A DNA stretch of 64,000 nt from assembly GCA_036172245.1 (NCBI GenBank), contig JAYWIR010000028.1:682001-746000 (forward strand). Reading direction: 5' to 3'. Positions within the stretch are counted from its first letter, which is position 1, and each line of letters begins with the position of its first letter. This DNA comes from Raillietiella orientalis. Its lineage: Eukaryota. The translations under genes were made by a program, and so were the position numbers. Shown piece by piece: positions 23,863-38,100 of the stretch. The notes under the pieces were generated by a model that saw only the letters and a list, made by a program, of their open reading frames with translations, was not told the origin of the DNA and made no database searches.

Positions 23863-26689
23863 CTGAAAGGATGAAATGGCATGAGTTGCACGCGAACCCA
23901 TCTCTTGAACCACCACGACGCGGAGGAACGTTTACTTTTTTTTTTTAAAGCGAGAATCCAGGAGGCTGCGAAGCACGAGAGAACATCCCAGCTGCGCTTT
24001 TGTTTAACCAGCTTCGCGGAATTCGCGATCTTTACAAGCAATGAGGGGAGCTTGCATTTTCAAGGAGCATGCACCGGCATCTCTTCTAAAATCCCACGGG
24101 ATCGCAACCACAAGGGGATTCTTAGGAGATATTGATCAAACACGTGATCCGGACATCTGAGTGTTCTTAGGTAATTAAGCTCTTTGATCACTGTAAGAAG
24201 AGGACTTGCAGCAACTACCTTGAGAAGAAAAGCCACCGCGACTTGTTGCTGATGTTTGCCCTTTGCCCCCCCCCCCCCCTTCACCCCGCCTGCAATGGAC
24301 TGCTAAACATCGCCATGAGCTGAACCAATCCAGCAAGTACAGTATTCATATGAGCTCCACATATGAACCGTGAACATGCTTCCGGCTTTCGTGAGCAGAG
24401 AGCTCCCTGAGCCGCATCCTGCTTTTGTAGCTGCGCTCCTTTAGTAGTCAGGCTCGGTAGTAGTTGAATTCAGTTAAGGATAAGGTCGTAAAATCCACTC
24501 CCCTTTTCCTTTCACCGGGCACCCAGATCCCGTTATCCATTAGCTGCCAAGTGCAGAGCTATACCGTTCATTATGTTTGCAGCTACATCAGCGAGGAGGC
24601 TCATGTGGATGGCGAGGAAGGCAGATGCAGATTTCGACTTTGTAGAGTTCGTGGTGCCGCCATCTTTGCTCTGAAGCCCTTTCTTGGTGATCCCAGCGGT
24701 GTGCTGTCTATCCCACACAATGGCAAAGCAGGAAAACAGGGAGAATCACCACATTCTTCGGTGGCAGAGTTCACCTTGAGGGAACGAACGGCCTGCCTTT
24801 AGTGCATCCCAGGACAGTCACTGAAAGTTCTGGTGCGAATCACACTTCAAGACCTCCGACTGTCGTCCGGCTCCCCTCGAGCGAGGCGCTAGGCATCCGC
24901 AGACAAGAAGAGACTGCATTCAGCGGTATTTTCTGGCAAGGCTGTTGGGAATCGACAGCGCAGGCAAGCCGTGGGATGATGGCGCACGTGACTGCGAGGG
25001 CTTCCAGCTGCACGCACGACGGCTGGAGAACGTTCTCTTGCCTTGCAGCCTGGTCAGGTTCATCGGCGAAGATGAAGTTGCCACTGAGCAACTGACGTTT
25101 TGTCACAAATGAAACGGCACCCTCATTTCGACCGTAGTCTGCACATCCAGCTATCGATAGGCCAGCACCCGTGTCCAGGAGCTGAAGAGTTGTGCCACAC
25201 TCATTGCTCCTCGGGCACAGGTCACATTGATTGTACGAAGGAATGACCAACCTATCTTGCATAGTAGCTCTCTAAAGGAAGCACTAAACTGCGCTCATTC
25301 AGAAGTCCGCTTTACGAATGGAAAGCCCTTAAAAAAATTAGCGGTATGCGGAGCGCCGAACCCACTAAAAGTGGAAAAGTATACGCACCCAAACTTCACT
25401 CTTATCGTCAAGTGAATCTGAGCTCTACAGATTTCACTTAGGTACCATCCTACCATTAGTTTCACAGTATCCAATTGAGCGAATTAAAAGACACCCTTTC
25501 TAAAAAAGGGTATCTTTTAATACGTTTCCCTCCCGTAAGCAAATTTGGAATTTGTTTCAGCCGAAGCGCGCTCTTTGCCTTTTTCCTCGTTTCATAACGA
25601 AAAGATACGGAGCAAAGATGCAGAGCTGAGTTTTGAACTGGCAGGAAGGTTTTGAGGATGAAAATCATCTGGGCACAAGGAAGGCGTACCGGAAATTCTG
25701 CAGTGCTGATCACTCATGAATGAGTGGGTCCGACCTTGTCAACTTGGATCGTAATCTTTTTTTTCTCGATTGTTCCTTCCTGGATGGGGAGCAAATCGTT
25801 CAGAAACCTCCGTCGGGGACAAGATTTGTGCTGGATAGGTCACCGAGCCCAAGAAGTCTGTGTATTTCGGCGGGCGGGCGACAGGCGGCGCTACGCAACG
25901 TATTCGTTGGAGCGCTGGGGTGTTTCTCCCGTTCCTTTTGTATCATTGCAGTCAAACAGGAACCGTTTCATTTCCCGAGGAGCATCTGGGAAGCCGGGTG
26001 GGACCGGGAATTTCCTGGCACGAGATTATGCGAATGATCACTTCATGTGTAACTCGGGGACGCGGATCCTGAGATGGCGTGAACGCTTTTTGCTTCAGGC
26101 GCGCGAGCTCTCCATCATGACCAGTGATAACGCGGAATCCTTTACAGGAAGCTCCTATCTAACTTCCGGACCATCTTTCCACTCTTTTATTTGCTCCTCC
26201 GGCCCTTCATGCGCATAAAGCGGAACCCGGTTGTTGCATCCCATTACCAAATTGGAACGTGGAGGAAAACGGTCAATGGAGATCAATTGGAGGACAAGAT
26301 GAAGATGCCGTAAACGTGGGCTCGTACGAATGCTTCTCGGAGCGAGGAAAACGGACTGGTCCGTCACTTGGCAACTGATGACGTTGACAAAGCGGCCGGG
26401 AAACCCAGTCGTTCTTGCCGCCGCGGTTCTCCCCGTGCAGACTCCGTTGTCCCTTGCGCTTCGAATCAACTCGAGACAAAGTCAGCCCATATGCAGCTTG
26501 AAGGAGGGGTCCTTAATGTCGCCCGGAATTCATGGATGAACAGGAAGCTGGGGAACTGGCTGCGATGGAGACTCCAATCATGGATTCGCTTGAAGAGTTC
26601 CATAAGCTCAGCTTACAGTACTCTTCAACTTAAAGGCAGGGGAGGAAAGCGCGCGGTACTTCGTCAGTCGTGTTAACGGTGATTTCTTC

Positions 26690-27170
26690 GATATCCCTCT
26701 TCTTTTGCTTTATGATTTTCTGATGGGTACGGACGCCGAGTCCGAGGACAAGCCCTTGTCAGTGCACATGGAAGAGTCATGTTAATGGGAAGGAACATGG
26801 TTCTTCGAAAGCGGGAGAGAGTGCTGGGGGCAACCAAGCCAACGCGCCGCCCGATCTGCTGGGATGTTCGCGGCGCAGCACATGGAGCGGGGTCCATTTG
26901 AATTCATCCTGGCCGTAAGAAGAAGGGGGATGCAGGCAAAGATTCGGTGTTTGAGCTTTCTCAGCGTCCATCTAGGCAACGAGGAAGAGCAGGGGTGAGC
27001 GCGCTCCCTGAAGTGATTCGCCGGCAACAGCGGGAGGTCAGCCTCCTTCGTAGGTGTTCATATTGACAGAGAAGCTTCTGTCGAAGAATACGTGAGCCTG
27101 GAACGGGATGCATCTTCCAATGGGTCCATTTTTGGGAGCCATCCCACAGAATTACGCTAGCTACGTCATG
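26690..27170 (-). mobile_element. Possible decayed R2-like zinc-finger/RLE fragment
   Basis: Weak traces only: SRCCRR, PLHVLRREH and HKAKEEGY (KxxKY-like) in order across frames. Confidence 0.25.
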
Positions 27171-30100
27171 AAGATCTGTTCCCAAATAAAAAGGTAAAGG
27201 AAGGCTCCTAAAACGCGGATTTCGAAAAAAAAAAAAAGGCAGCACGGGAGACGATGGGGCGCACACAGCATTCCACGATTTATTCGTTGCTTATCTATAG
27301 AAAAGGGGTAACTCTAGAAGTTCGGCAAATACAGTGCTGGAATACGGAAGGCTTTTGTGGTTCTTCCGATCCTTTTGATGCCACCAATTTCTGCAAGGCT
27401 TCCGCCGATCTCTGTGGTTTCAACCACCGTAGGACAAAATCATCGGACCTCGACCTCCTACTCTGTCCGTACGCTTGCATCGAGCTGCAAGAACTTTCTT
27501 ATACGTGTGAATTACACCTGAGGTTTACGCTCGTTCTCCGTCATCAAAATCTTCTGAAAGGTTTTATTGAGCGTTCCATGCCTGCTTCCGCATCCAACGA
27601 ATAAGAAGCACAGAGATGTAGTTGCAGGCAATAAAATTCGGGCCCTATTGCTGCAGTTGGCCAATGCCGAAACTCGGAGCTGACTAATCACGCGAAACCA
27701 CTTGGGAACGCAGTGCGGGGAGAACGACCCAACTTGGAGTGCAAAGGGGTGATGCATGCAAGTGCTCGCCTCGCGTGGCAGCTGAGATTTTCATTCGTCG
27801 GGAACCAGGGAGACGAAGGGATGTTATGGAAACGACCTGCAAGAGTGGTGAGCTCGGAGCCGAGCACGCACGTTTCGTGAAGTTCCGCACGCCTGCTTCC
27901 CTCTTTTCGGTCTCCATGGAAAAGCCTCTGCATTTGCAAACGGTGAGACGGAAACCCCCCATCTCCAAAAAGAGTGAATAAAGAATAAAAGAAAAGAAAG
28001 GAGGAAAAAAAAAAACACTCGTCTCGGTGGAAGCCGTGAGGATGTTTGGAAAGCACCGGTAAAATAAAACTAATTCGAGTGGAAACAACTGAAACGGGTG
28101 CTATAAGGAACGTGACGACTCCTTCGAGTCCTTGGAAGCGATCCGTGTCCTTTGGACGAGGGGATCCCCGGAGCCACCAGAGAGGAAAGCGCATGAACGA
28201 GGTGAAAACGAAATGTATCAAATGCTACATCCACTGGTCAAGTGTCCTGAAGGAAGCTCACACAGCGGCGCTACCTATGTATGCTCAATCATCACATCAT
28301 TAAAGCGTTGGTATAGATCATCATCACAATCTGGAACGAATTTTTCCCAGCCGAATGGTCTTTGATTTTCGGCACTTCGAATTGAAGCGAAATACCACTG
28401 AGAATCTTTCCAATCGTTCTGTCTACTCAATGACTTCGATGTAGCCGACAACATGAGGTTGCTGCGCAGCTTCCCTCAGATTGTCCTGAGAGAGAACCTC
28501 ACATTCCCGCTGAACAACCGCCTTCCCTAGAATGAGAAGCGATGTGGCTGCATGCTATGAGGAATACGAGGACTCTAAAAGGACTCTAAAAGTTTGGCGG
28601 GCGCGTATAAGGAGAACTTAATTGCGGGCATAAAAGAACACTTTGCGCAACACCAGAAGATGCCTCCACGAAACTTCTTCCATAAAAGGGTTCTTCTGCA
28701 GGAGAACATGTTCCTTTTCACGCAACATACCAATATTCACGTCCTTAGGTTCCAAGACCCTTTGCTTCCCTCCCCCCCCCCCATTTTTTTTTCTTTTCGT
28801 TGCTGCTGATATTGATGATCAAATTGGGAACGTTCTCGAAGGAATGCTTCCTTGCAAATGGCGGACTCGTGTGGGGCAAGGAGGAGACAAAAAAGTAAAT
28901 GCTTTCTTGGATAAGAGGTCGTTTACAAAGTGTAAAACTGCGATCGGGAAGAAAAAAGAATGTATGGCAACCCCCCTGCTTGGTTTTTCCAGCCTTCCCA
29001 GTCGTTCGTGACTTTCGCCATGGAGGCGGCCCAACGGATTCTGCACCCAACGCATATCTCAGGAATGACCAGCGCCCGAGTACACACTTGCTTCTCTTGC
29101 ACGCAGCGGATCTTCATCCCCTGGAGCACTTCTTTTCTCTTCTTTGAATCCCAGAGACCCTTCGACCGGTGCTCGCACCGAAGCAGGCACTCCTCTGCAG
29201 GAGAAAAGGAGTTTTCCTGATTTCTTCCCTCTTCCCTGATTTCTCCAGAGCTGTCGATGAATTTTCTCAAGGGTGAGAGGGATCAAGTATGGAAACCCAT
29301 CTCACATTCGGGAGCGCCAGTCTGGCCTGGAGTTCCGAACGGATCCCGACAGGCTGGGGGCCACCCGCTCCCGAGGTTTTCGAGTTGCTCTTCCAGTCGG
29401 GCCAGCTAAACTGTCGCACCTCCTTGCGATCGCGGCAGTTCCCTACGACTGATTGAGGATATGTAGGAGAGCCTTTTTCCAAGTCGCACATCTTATGCGC
29501 CTGCATCTCAGGCGCATAAGATCCTCTAAGTGCTCCGCACGCGCGACTCCTGTGCCTGTCCTTCGCGAATCGACAGCCGTAGGACCTCAGGTTTTCTGCA
29601 GCAAACAGAAGGCGCTGGAGACGCCATGCCCCGCAGTGAAGCACACGGTCCATTCTGATCTGGGTGTTTCCCTACAGGAGAATGAGATGCCTTCCTGCGC
29701 TGGACCGTACACAAGCTGAAGGTATTTGCCGCATTGCTGACTGCGAACTCCTCAGAGGTTATCTTGGGATCTTTATCCTCGGAGGTCCAGTGCTACATGC
29801 GTCCAGATACACGATTGTCCCTGCATACTTGTTGTATTGCTAGATGATCTGCTGAGTTTTCCGTCTGTCTCACCCCTGACCTGTTTGCTTGACTGCATCG
29901 ACCCGATTCAATGCTGCATTTCAGCTCAGCGCTTTTTCGCATTCTTTTTTCTGCGTCACGGAAAAATGCAAGGCAAAGGAGAAAGGTCAAACCAGCATGT
30001 GTTTAACGGAAGAAGAGGAGAGCAGGAAGGATTCCCTGTGACTTGGATGACGGCGCTAAAAACTGCACCCTAGCTGCTCAAATCGGGAGGATACGGTGCG

Positions 30101-31379
30101 GTGTGGTTGAGGTTTTGCAGTCATTACGAGTGAAGCCCGGAGGCTGCAGGAACCTCTCATTAGCACACAGTGGGGTGCAGGGAACCATTTCTGCGACATC
30201 ATCGCTTCTTTGTCGCTCATGCACTGTTCAGAGCAGCAATGAGCTTTATTGCTTTGGCTCCTGAATCCGTTAGCACTTCAATCCTTTCCTTAATTTGTAT
30301 ATATGACCTTGGACGTTAATCAGGGCCTTATGATGATTTGTTTTTGAGCCCATTGTCCAAGTGTCACGGTGCCTTTGTCAACGAGAACTCCCGGAATTAG
30401 CACCTTCTTTTTTGCCTTTTTTTTTTTTTTCTTCCGAAGCCAAGGGAACGTTTCTGTGCTACCACGCGACGTGGTCGCACAGCCCCACTCGACGTGGGGT
30501 AACGGAAAAGCCTGACTTGTGGCAGGTGTCACGTAACTGCTGAACGAACACGGTAAAAAGGATTCATGCATTTAATTAAGGGCACGTGGACCGAGTCACA
30601 GCTCATAATGAGGTTTCGGACACATGATCATATGAAACACTGTTAACGTACCCAGGAAGAAAATTCTTTTGCAACATGATTGCTCATTAAACGCTCTTTA
30701 ATGAGCTTTTGGGGAGGTGAGCGAAAAAGAGAGAACGAAAATGGAAACAAGGATTTGTCACGAAGCAGCTCATTTCCCGGGTAGGGAAAGAAAAAAAAAA
30801 AAAAAAAAAACCCATAGAGTTCGGAAATGCAAGCTGCTGGCGGTCATCCTCTCCTTGCATTCTGCTGCACCCAATCGATTCTTTTCTGGCTTCCAATCAA
30901 TCAAGCAATCCCATCAGTTTCTCGGGGAGAACTTTCCCGAGTACATGCAGCAGTTCTTCACACCCACGCTGGAAGCTGAGCCACGATTTCGAAATAGCAT
31001 ATCTGTCGCTGCCATAAGAAAGAAAAGGGTGACCTCCTCCTCTCGAAGACGCAGATTTCCGTGTGTTGCATGCTGAGAGCCATCCACCCGAAACTTGAAA
31101 TGGTGAGAAAGCGAATTCGGGATTCAGCAACACCCGTGCAGCAAGAAATGCCTTTCCTGTCCAGACTTCCAAGGAAGCCGTCTCCTGTCTGCGAACGATC
31201 CAGAGAAGGGAAGCATGGCTTCCTCACATCAGAAAGCCCCTCGGACCGGGGGAGGATCGTACCATGGATCGGTCGGCACAATGTATCTCCAATGGGGAAC
31301 GCTTGAGATTTGGGGAGCGCCGATGTCTCCGTGGGGCACGGCTCAGCAAGCAACTGCTTGTGCAAGCGGCCCCTACTGG

Positions 31380-31880
31380 GGACGGCGCTGATCGCGCGTG
31401 CAAGAGGCGCGTGGTGAGCGGTAATCCCTAAAACCACTGCACTGACAGTCTCAACCGAATTGCTGGGAGGAGCATCGAGCCGGTATCCCGGATGAAGAGG
31501 GTTACTTTAAAGAGCTGGAAGCCTCGAAATCAGCTCGTTCCAGGGATAAGATTCCAAAGGGCAACCGAAGCACGTGATCTGGACCGACAGAAAAATGATT
31601 GAGGAATTCACCTGCCTCCACAAATCGTCAGCCACAAAGCTTGGGAGGAGGAGGCAAGCCAACGAGAAGAGGAAAGATACCGGCCAGTATAAAGCTGTCT
31701 TCAAGAGCCACATCCTCATTGGCTGGAATAGATGAAGATTCCCCAACTGGGCAGTCTTAGGGGTAAAGATGACGGAGAGATCGTTTCCTTTCCTCGTGAG
31801 AATGGTTGCTGCGGTAGCAGTGGTTGCGTGGCAGCCGAAGGGGACATTTCGATGGAAGGACTTAGCATAGTTTCCCAGTC
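31380..31880 (+). mobile_element. Decayed RLE endonuclease fragment
   Basis: QPKHVIWTDRKMIEEFTCLH (PDxV...xTCP-like, 31562-31621), EASQREEERY (A...K..KY-like) and LGSLRG in the expected order. Confidence 0.45.
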
Positions 31881-32574
31881 TCCAAAACATTCACAGGAAA
31901 AAATGCTTTCTTATCTTGACTACGGAAAACACACGTGTGAGTGTTTTCCACACGTGCTCGAAAATCAGTTTAGAAACCGCGACAATCTGCGCTCGAGAAA
32001 ATTCAAACGGTGGATAAAGTGGAACGGGTACCAGTGAAGGGGGTATCCATGGCATTGTGTGGATGATTGGCATGCTGGATAAGAAGTGAAGTGGCACCGT
32101 TGAAACACACACACTCTTATACAAACAGCTCCCTACGACCAAGCTCAGCGATCAGGAGGTGTGGCAAGCTTGTCGAAGTTCTTCGCAACTAGGCAGTCAT
32201 AATAATAAGCAAAACTGCTAGGCTTATGATTCGAATCCAAGGAGCCTTGCTTTGCAGGGCACTCTTTGCGATGCACAAAAATCACCGGAAGCACATCTCC
32301 TTCCTCTCTTTTCCACGCTGCACCCGAAAGTGAGCCTTCCTCGTGTCCATGAAAAGAAAGGACCCCATACGAAAGTCAAGTGCCTTGTTAAGACGCTTGC
32401 CTTTCTGGGGAGAGGTTCTGGGGTTCTTCCTGAGGTTCCGGGGGTGTCTCGGACGAAAAGGCGGGAGGACCTGCAGGAACGCGGTTGAAGCAGTCCGAGT
32501 TGGCGAAATGTGCATGCAATGAGGCACGCCTCGAAGCCGCTCGATTCAGACGCAAGGTCATGTCCGATACGTAC

Positions 32575-32692
32575 CTGTTTGAACTCCCTGTACATGATCT
32601 TGATCTCCTTCCTGGTGAACGTTGTTTCCTCGCACAGTTTGTTCAAAGACTCCGGTTTGAATCTTTCCCAGAACGATTCCATCTCATCCGTC
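32575..32692 (-). CDS. KCNIP: KChIP/NCS-family protein, N-terminal core exon (TDEMESFWERFKPESLNKLCEETTFTRKEIKIMYREFKQ)
   Basis: 118 bp. Acceptor ctcttctttcag|G, donor CAG|gtacgt. Matches the KChIP motif RxxPExLxxLxxxTxFTRKExxxxYRxFK. An upstream in-frame TGA means a further 5' exon, or the internal ATG (MESFW), is needed. Confidence 0.9.
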
Positions 32693-34977
32693 CTGAAAGA
32701 AGAGCTCGTGAGAATCGTTCGACGAAGCACCGCCGCCACTCATTGGAGATGGAATGCCTGAAAGCCTCGCGTCCTCATATCCGCACTTCCTCGATTTGAT
32801 TCGTGAAGATTCAGACTTTATCCCTGCCTACGGAGAAATGTACTACGCTCCGTGATGGACGGCAAATACATACCACGTATTGATCGACTGGTTTGTGGAC
32901 AAAGTGAATAACTTCCATTCTGTTCATAAGACGCAATCAGTGGGGATCGAGCGGAGCTCACGGATATACGGAAGCATACGCTATATGGATATCCCAATGG
33001 CAACCCATAATCGAAATGGGGCAAAGCTTGGCTACCAATACTCTCCATATTTCTTAGATTTGGATTCTCCGAGATACTGCTATTTTTTCTTTTTCGGACA
33101 TACGGAAATCGGAAATGGGAGATGATGGGTAGCTGGGAAACGAGCATGTTCAGCGTTGTCTGAGACAGAAAGCGATACTTCTGGTGGCCCTGGGGTGTGT
33201 CAAGTCACCATTCCCTTCGCTGAGGTGGGGACAAAGGCCGGCGATCCTTGCGCACAACTCAGCTAAAGACAAAATACGGTACACAGCCTCGAAGATTTCG
33301 AATCTGACGCAATGCCTGTGAAATAAAATAAATGATTATTCCTGCTGGTGAGACAGAGAAACGGAACTGAAGCGATGTTTTCAGGAATGTATAATGCATC
33401 ATTCATTGGTTTCTGATTTCACAACCTCACAGAAAATCAGAGTGAAACGAAAGCGATTCACCAAGAGGGCCGAGTGGGCCCGAAGGCAAGAGTGATTCTG
33501 TGAAATCTGCTGGAGTTGGTTCACAATTCTGGCGCATGGGAATGAGGAAAGTTTACGGTACGGTAGTTGCCAAAGCTAAACAAACCATCATCTGGATTTC
33601 CGAGAAGCGGAGGGTTTTTTTTTTTTTTTTTTTTTTCCCTCGTAACCACAACTGCGGAATCCATGAAGGACTGCGCACTTCCAAAAGGAGAGACATATTT
33701 CAGCATGAGAACGAATCCGAGTTCCCATTTCATGTAGCAAGGCGGAGAGGTTAAGCTTCTGTACCAGAACGAAACCCCATTCGACGGAGTCCGGAGTGAG
33801 CAAGCCCTATTTCCAGAAGGAAACTCCCACAAAGTATACAGGAAGGTGCCTAGTCCATGGATAAAAAAGCATCGAGATCGGTACACACATAAGTACGGTA
33901 CCAATATCACCTGACGTTTCAAAAGGCACATAACTTTCAAGGCACAGAGCAGCAAAGTGCCTGTCGTTATCAACCTTTTAGTCCATGGAGGATGCATTTC
34001 TCCTGTGCCTAGAGCGAATGGTCATCTGAGTGTGCTTACATCCCATCGCAAGAAAAAAGCATCAAGCTGTGAAGATCGCAGCTTGATGCAAGCAGATGTA
34101 AGCCCTCCACCATCGTTAAGTAGTCCGTGTCTGTTTCTGCCCGCACTCGACTGTGAGCACTTCGTCAAAATGCAAATTCGAAGTTCATTTTCCTATCCTT
34201 CTTACAGAAGCGGAGCTCAATCTCATAAACGTGCACTTATAGGAACCATCAGCTTGGCTTCAGGAGAAGTACTCCAAGGATCGAGGAAACGACTGGAATA
34301 ACGTCTGGAGGAACCCACTCGACGTGCATCAGAGGGGTCGAAGTAAGGAAAGCAATGCGGATCCACTCCGAAAGCTCCATGTTCTTGCACACAGCCTAAT
34401 TCAGGATGAGGAGAAGCCATGAAATGGACACTCTCAGTTCCGCATCATTAGAAAGTACACGGACGAGGAGAAAACACAGTCTTCGGAGTAAACTTCCTCG
34501 AAAGTATTGCGACCTGCGGAGCACCCGTTTTGCCCTCTCCACGTTGGTGCGTGAAAGGAGCTTCTGATTTCGTCATCCGACTCTGAGTTTCACTCTCTTT
34601 TTTTTTTTGTCGTATTCTGCTTGAAGAGTGCCGATTTGCGTGTGGTCATTTTGAGTCCTATTTACTCGACCTACGGGCGCATCATTTTCTGCTTTATAAT
34701 CGGATCCACTGTCTTGGATCCTGTCCACTAATTACCGTGCGCGTGACGCTCCAGCAGCTACGGAAACCATTCTGCCAGCAAGCAACGACTGCATGCAATG
34801 GATTTGAGTCCCAGCAAAGGCGTCCTAGCATCCAAGCCCCAGTGCTCCTCAGCCCACCCATACACATCTTCTCCTAGAGAGTCCACTTTTATTCAGTCGT
34901 TTAAGGCGGGGATTCTTCGGTCTCCTCCGTTTGCTCATGGCTGCAGCTCACGAGGGGTCGCTGCTTCAAGGCCCGTG

Positions 34978-35664
34978 AAACAACCGATGCATCGAGTAGA
35001 AGTCGCGGGGGAGTTTGGTGTTGGGTTGCATCCCCTTCCTCATGTGTTCCGGTCGAAGCTGTGAGATGCACGACAGAAGGTCCTCAGCAACGAGTCGTTA
35101 GGGTATTCAGGATTCTGGTAATAATAGTGAGGTTCCTTACATATGTTCCTTGTAAGATCAGGGCATTGTGTTGTCATGCTGCCATGCTGGTGGCCATCTT
35201 CGGTGATAATCTGCTTAAGGATTCCATCGACAATCTTCCTCGACACCGCAGCATCTTTGAGCATGCACTCAGTCAGAGGATTTTTTCTCTTTGTCGTTTG
35301 GAAGCTGTTCCATCTTTCTTTCTTTTTTTCTCCTGGTATTCTTGATCTTGCCAGCAGGAGTTCAGTTTCAAATATCAGATGAGCATAGCCTCCTCCTTAC
35401 GAAACAACTCGTGCGCTGATCAGCACGAAAAAGGTGCAAAAGAGTGAAGACGGAAGGGAGAGAGTCCAATGTCCTGATCTCACAAGGTGTATGTAAGGAT
35501 AGTGAGGAACCTCACTATTATTACCAGAATCCTGAATACCCTAACGACTCGTTGCTGAGGACCTTCTGTCGTGCATCTTACAGCTTCGACCGGAACACAT
35601 GAGGAAGGGGATGCAACCCAACACCAAACTCCCCCGCGACGTCTACTCGATACATCGGTTGTTT
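34978..35664. repeat. Inverted duplication (arms 34978-35143 and 35490-35664, spacer ~345 bp)
   Basis: The arms are reverse complements over ~165 bp with only a few mismatches (aaacaaccgatg...ggttccttacata vs tatgtaagga...catcggttgttt). The ORF track shows the same peptides on opposite strands. Confidence 0.95.
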
Positions 35665-37569
35665 TGCTGCTGTTGTCGGAGTCGTTTCTCCAAGCTGCCC
35701 GGAGGCTTCTGCCGCACTCGGTCCAAATATCTCCAGTCGAAACCGGTTCAGCTCGCGTTGCCAGAAGAGCGGGAAACTTCGAATAAAATGAAATGATGTG
35801 CACAAACTGGGAGCTGTACGGTTAATACAGCTCCCAGGCAGTGAAGAGGGGAAAACACCCTCAAAGGTGAGGACAACCCACAAAGGTGAACCTGCCTCTT
35901 TTGCGGCATCAAACTTTCCGAAGAAGGGAGGTTCCGAAAGTTCGAATACAAAAGAATGTACAGTAATGAGCTCCCGAGAAAAGTGCATTTAATGTCAAAA
36001 ATCATCCGAAAAAGGGCTTTGAGATCAGATACGGATTGAGATCTCGAGAATCAACGATGTCGATGTCCGGGGAAAGATGAAAGATCAAAATCCAACAACC
36101 GCCTCGACGGAATTCCTCCTGGCAACACCGTGGATGGCTGCTTTCTAAGTGATCAGGAAACTGCGCAAACATGGGGTGGATAGACAGGAGAGAAATAAGA
36201 CATCAGGAAAGGCAGAAGACTTTCTCAGGAACATAAAGGTGTTTCCCGTGGAACGCTGATGTTCATTCCATTTCGATTGAGAGCAATTTCCTAATCAGTC
36301 TTAGAGCGCGGGAACACTTGTCCTAGCGTCTTGTAATCAGCAGGAAATCTGGCTCACCTCCGAAACGAACTCCCCAATCGAAAATGGTTTCCACGGAAAC
36401 ATCCGCAACATGCCGTTTCCCTACACACAAGATCTGACTGTCTCAGATAGAGATGGTTAGGTCGCTTTCCGTAGATAGCACGTCTCTGAAAGAAAGAGGT
36501 GCGCGATCTTGATTTGTATTCGACGGGGAAACCAAAGCAGAGACGGAAGTCGGAGGACCAGGGCCACAAAGTTCTCGAAATGGGGAGAGGGAAGGAAACT
36601 CAGTTTAAGCCGAGTCACGCGAGTTTCTTTTCCATAATGCGTGTGCAGCCGAAGGTCTACGAAAAAGTGCGACACTTCGAAAAACTTTGTGACCGCATCA
36701 CGGGGTGGTGATCTTTAAACACCGTGCATCTTCCACGCATCAGTCATCGGGTAATCCTACATCAAAGAAATACGGTAAGAGAGGAGCAAATAGGTCCCAT
36801 AGGGAACCAGGCTATAGAAAACTGGGAGGGCAAGATGGAAGATGACGGGAGAAACAAATTCAGAACGCCGATTCACACGCTTGCTCCATCTGAAAGATCC
36901 TGCCCGAGATCGAGTGCAAGTGAGACTGGAATCAGTAGATATGCAGCCTTAATTCTCAGCTGTCTAGGCACTGGCAGTTCGAAGTCGCTAATGCCGAGGC
37001 TCACACTTTCTATTGAGATCTTGATATGCACTTGGAATGGAGAAAGATTGCTCATAGAGACTTCATCCTGTGGTCCCGTGAAAAGAGCCTCCAAATAAAG
37101 GAGACTGGGAGCCTGATGTTCCCTTTGAGCATGGGGAAATAGAACCATGCTCTTCTTCTTAGCACAGAAGTATGGCTGAACGATTCTCTTTGAACGGATG
37201 GAATAGCAGCTCTTTCTCTAAAGATACAGCGACCAGAGTTTCTATCTGTGGATATCCTGATGACTCACGATATGTGACTGTACTCGAGGAGGGACGGAGG
37301 GAAGCGTGCTTTCTGGTAAACATTCTGTAAGAGCGAGCTCTCGGTAAAGCCGACCTTTCCTCCTTCAAGTACACTCAGAAGAACAGAAGGAATCACAGCT
37401 GCGCTTCTTCAATTTAAAGGACAAAAGCTTTCCGGGTTCTGATCCGGAGTATCCACTGAACCAAAAACAAAGACCATCTCTAAAAGAAAGCCTTTTTTTT
37501 TTTTGCCAGCCAGAGCAGGCCAATATTCCTTAAATTCTTCCACCATGAAAATGAATAAGACTTCGTCCA

Positions 37570-38100
37570 TCTTTGTCGGTGTAGAGGATTCGTAAGCAAG
37601 AGAAGGATATCAGGAGCCCAGAGCCTTCCAGGTGTAGAGTTTTTGTTGTTTCTTGCTGGGATGGCAAATGCGTTGTTTGAATTGTTCTACAGGAGGGAAG
37701 AGTTTGCTCGTTCTTTAGCTTTGCTCCGAAAACTTTCGAAGGTCCTATCTGTGCGAGTTGGACAAACCCAGACGATCGAGAAAAGACCGGAGTGCCCAGG
37801 AGGAGACTCTCAAGCCTTGAGGCTTGCGCAGCGCTTGCTGAACGTTGCTCAACGAAAGGCTGCGGGTTCCAACTGCGGAGACAAACGCTCCAGAAAAAGC
37901 CATCATCTCCGTTAGGAATACCCCACTCTTGGTCCAGCTTTTCGTCGACAGCAACGAAGGTGTACAGGTCGAAGAAGAGACGGTAAAAGCTGCGTAGTAT
38001 CTCTTCGCTGCATTTCTTTTATGTAAGTCCGGATCTTTTATGAAGCATCATCAAGGGTGATATCCTGGATGTTTCCAAACATTCTTAGGGGCGGGGTAGA
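37570..38100 (-). mobile_element. Decayed non-LTR reverse transcriptase remnant (early RT motifs)
   Basis: Minus strand: GLT*KKCSEEILRSFYRLF...QEW, QASRLESLLG..VFSRSSGF (LAxRL...QxGF-like), then D...AYES-like sequence. Interrupted by stops; limits approximate. Confidence 0.45.
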
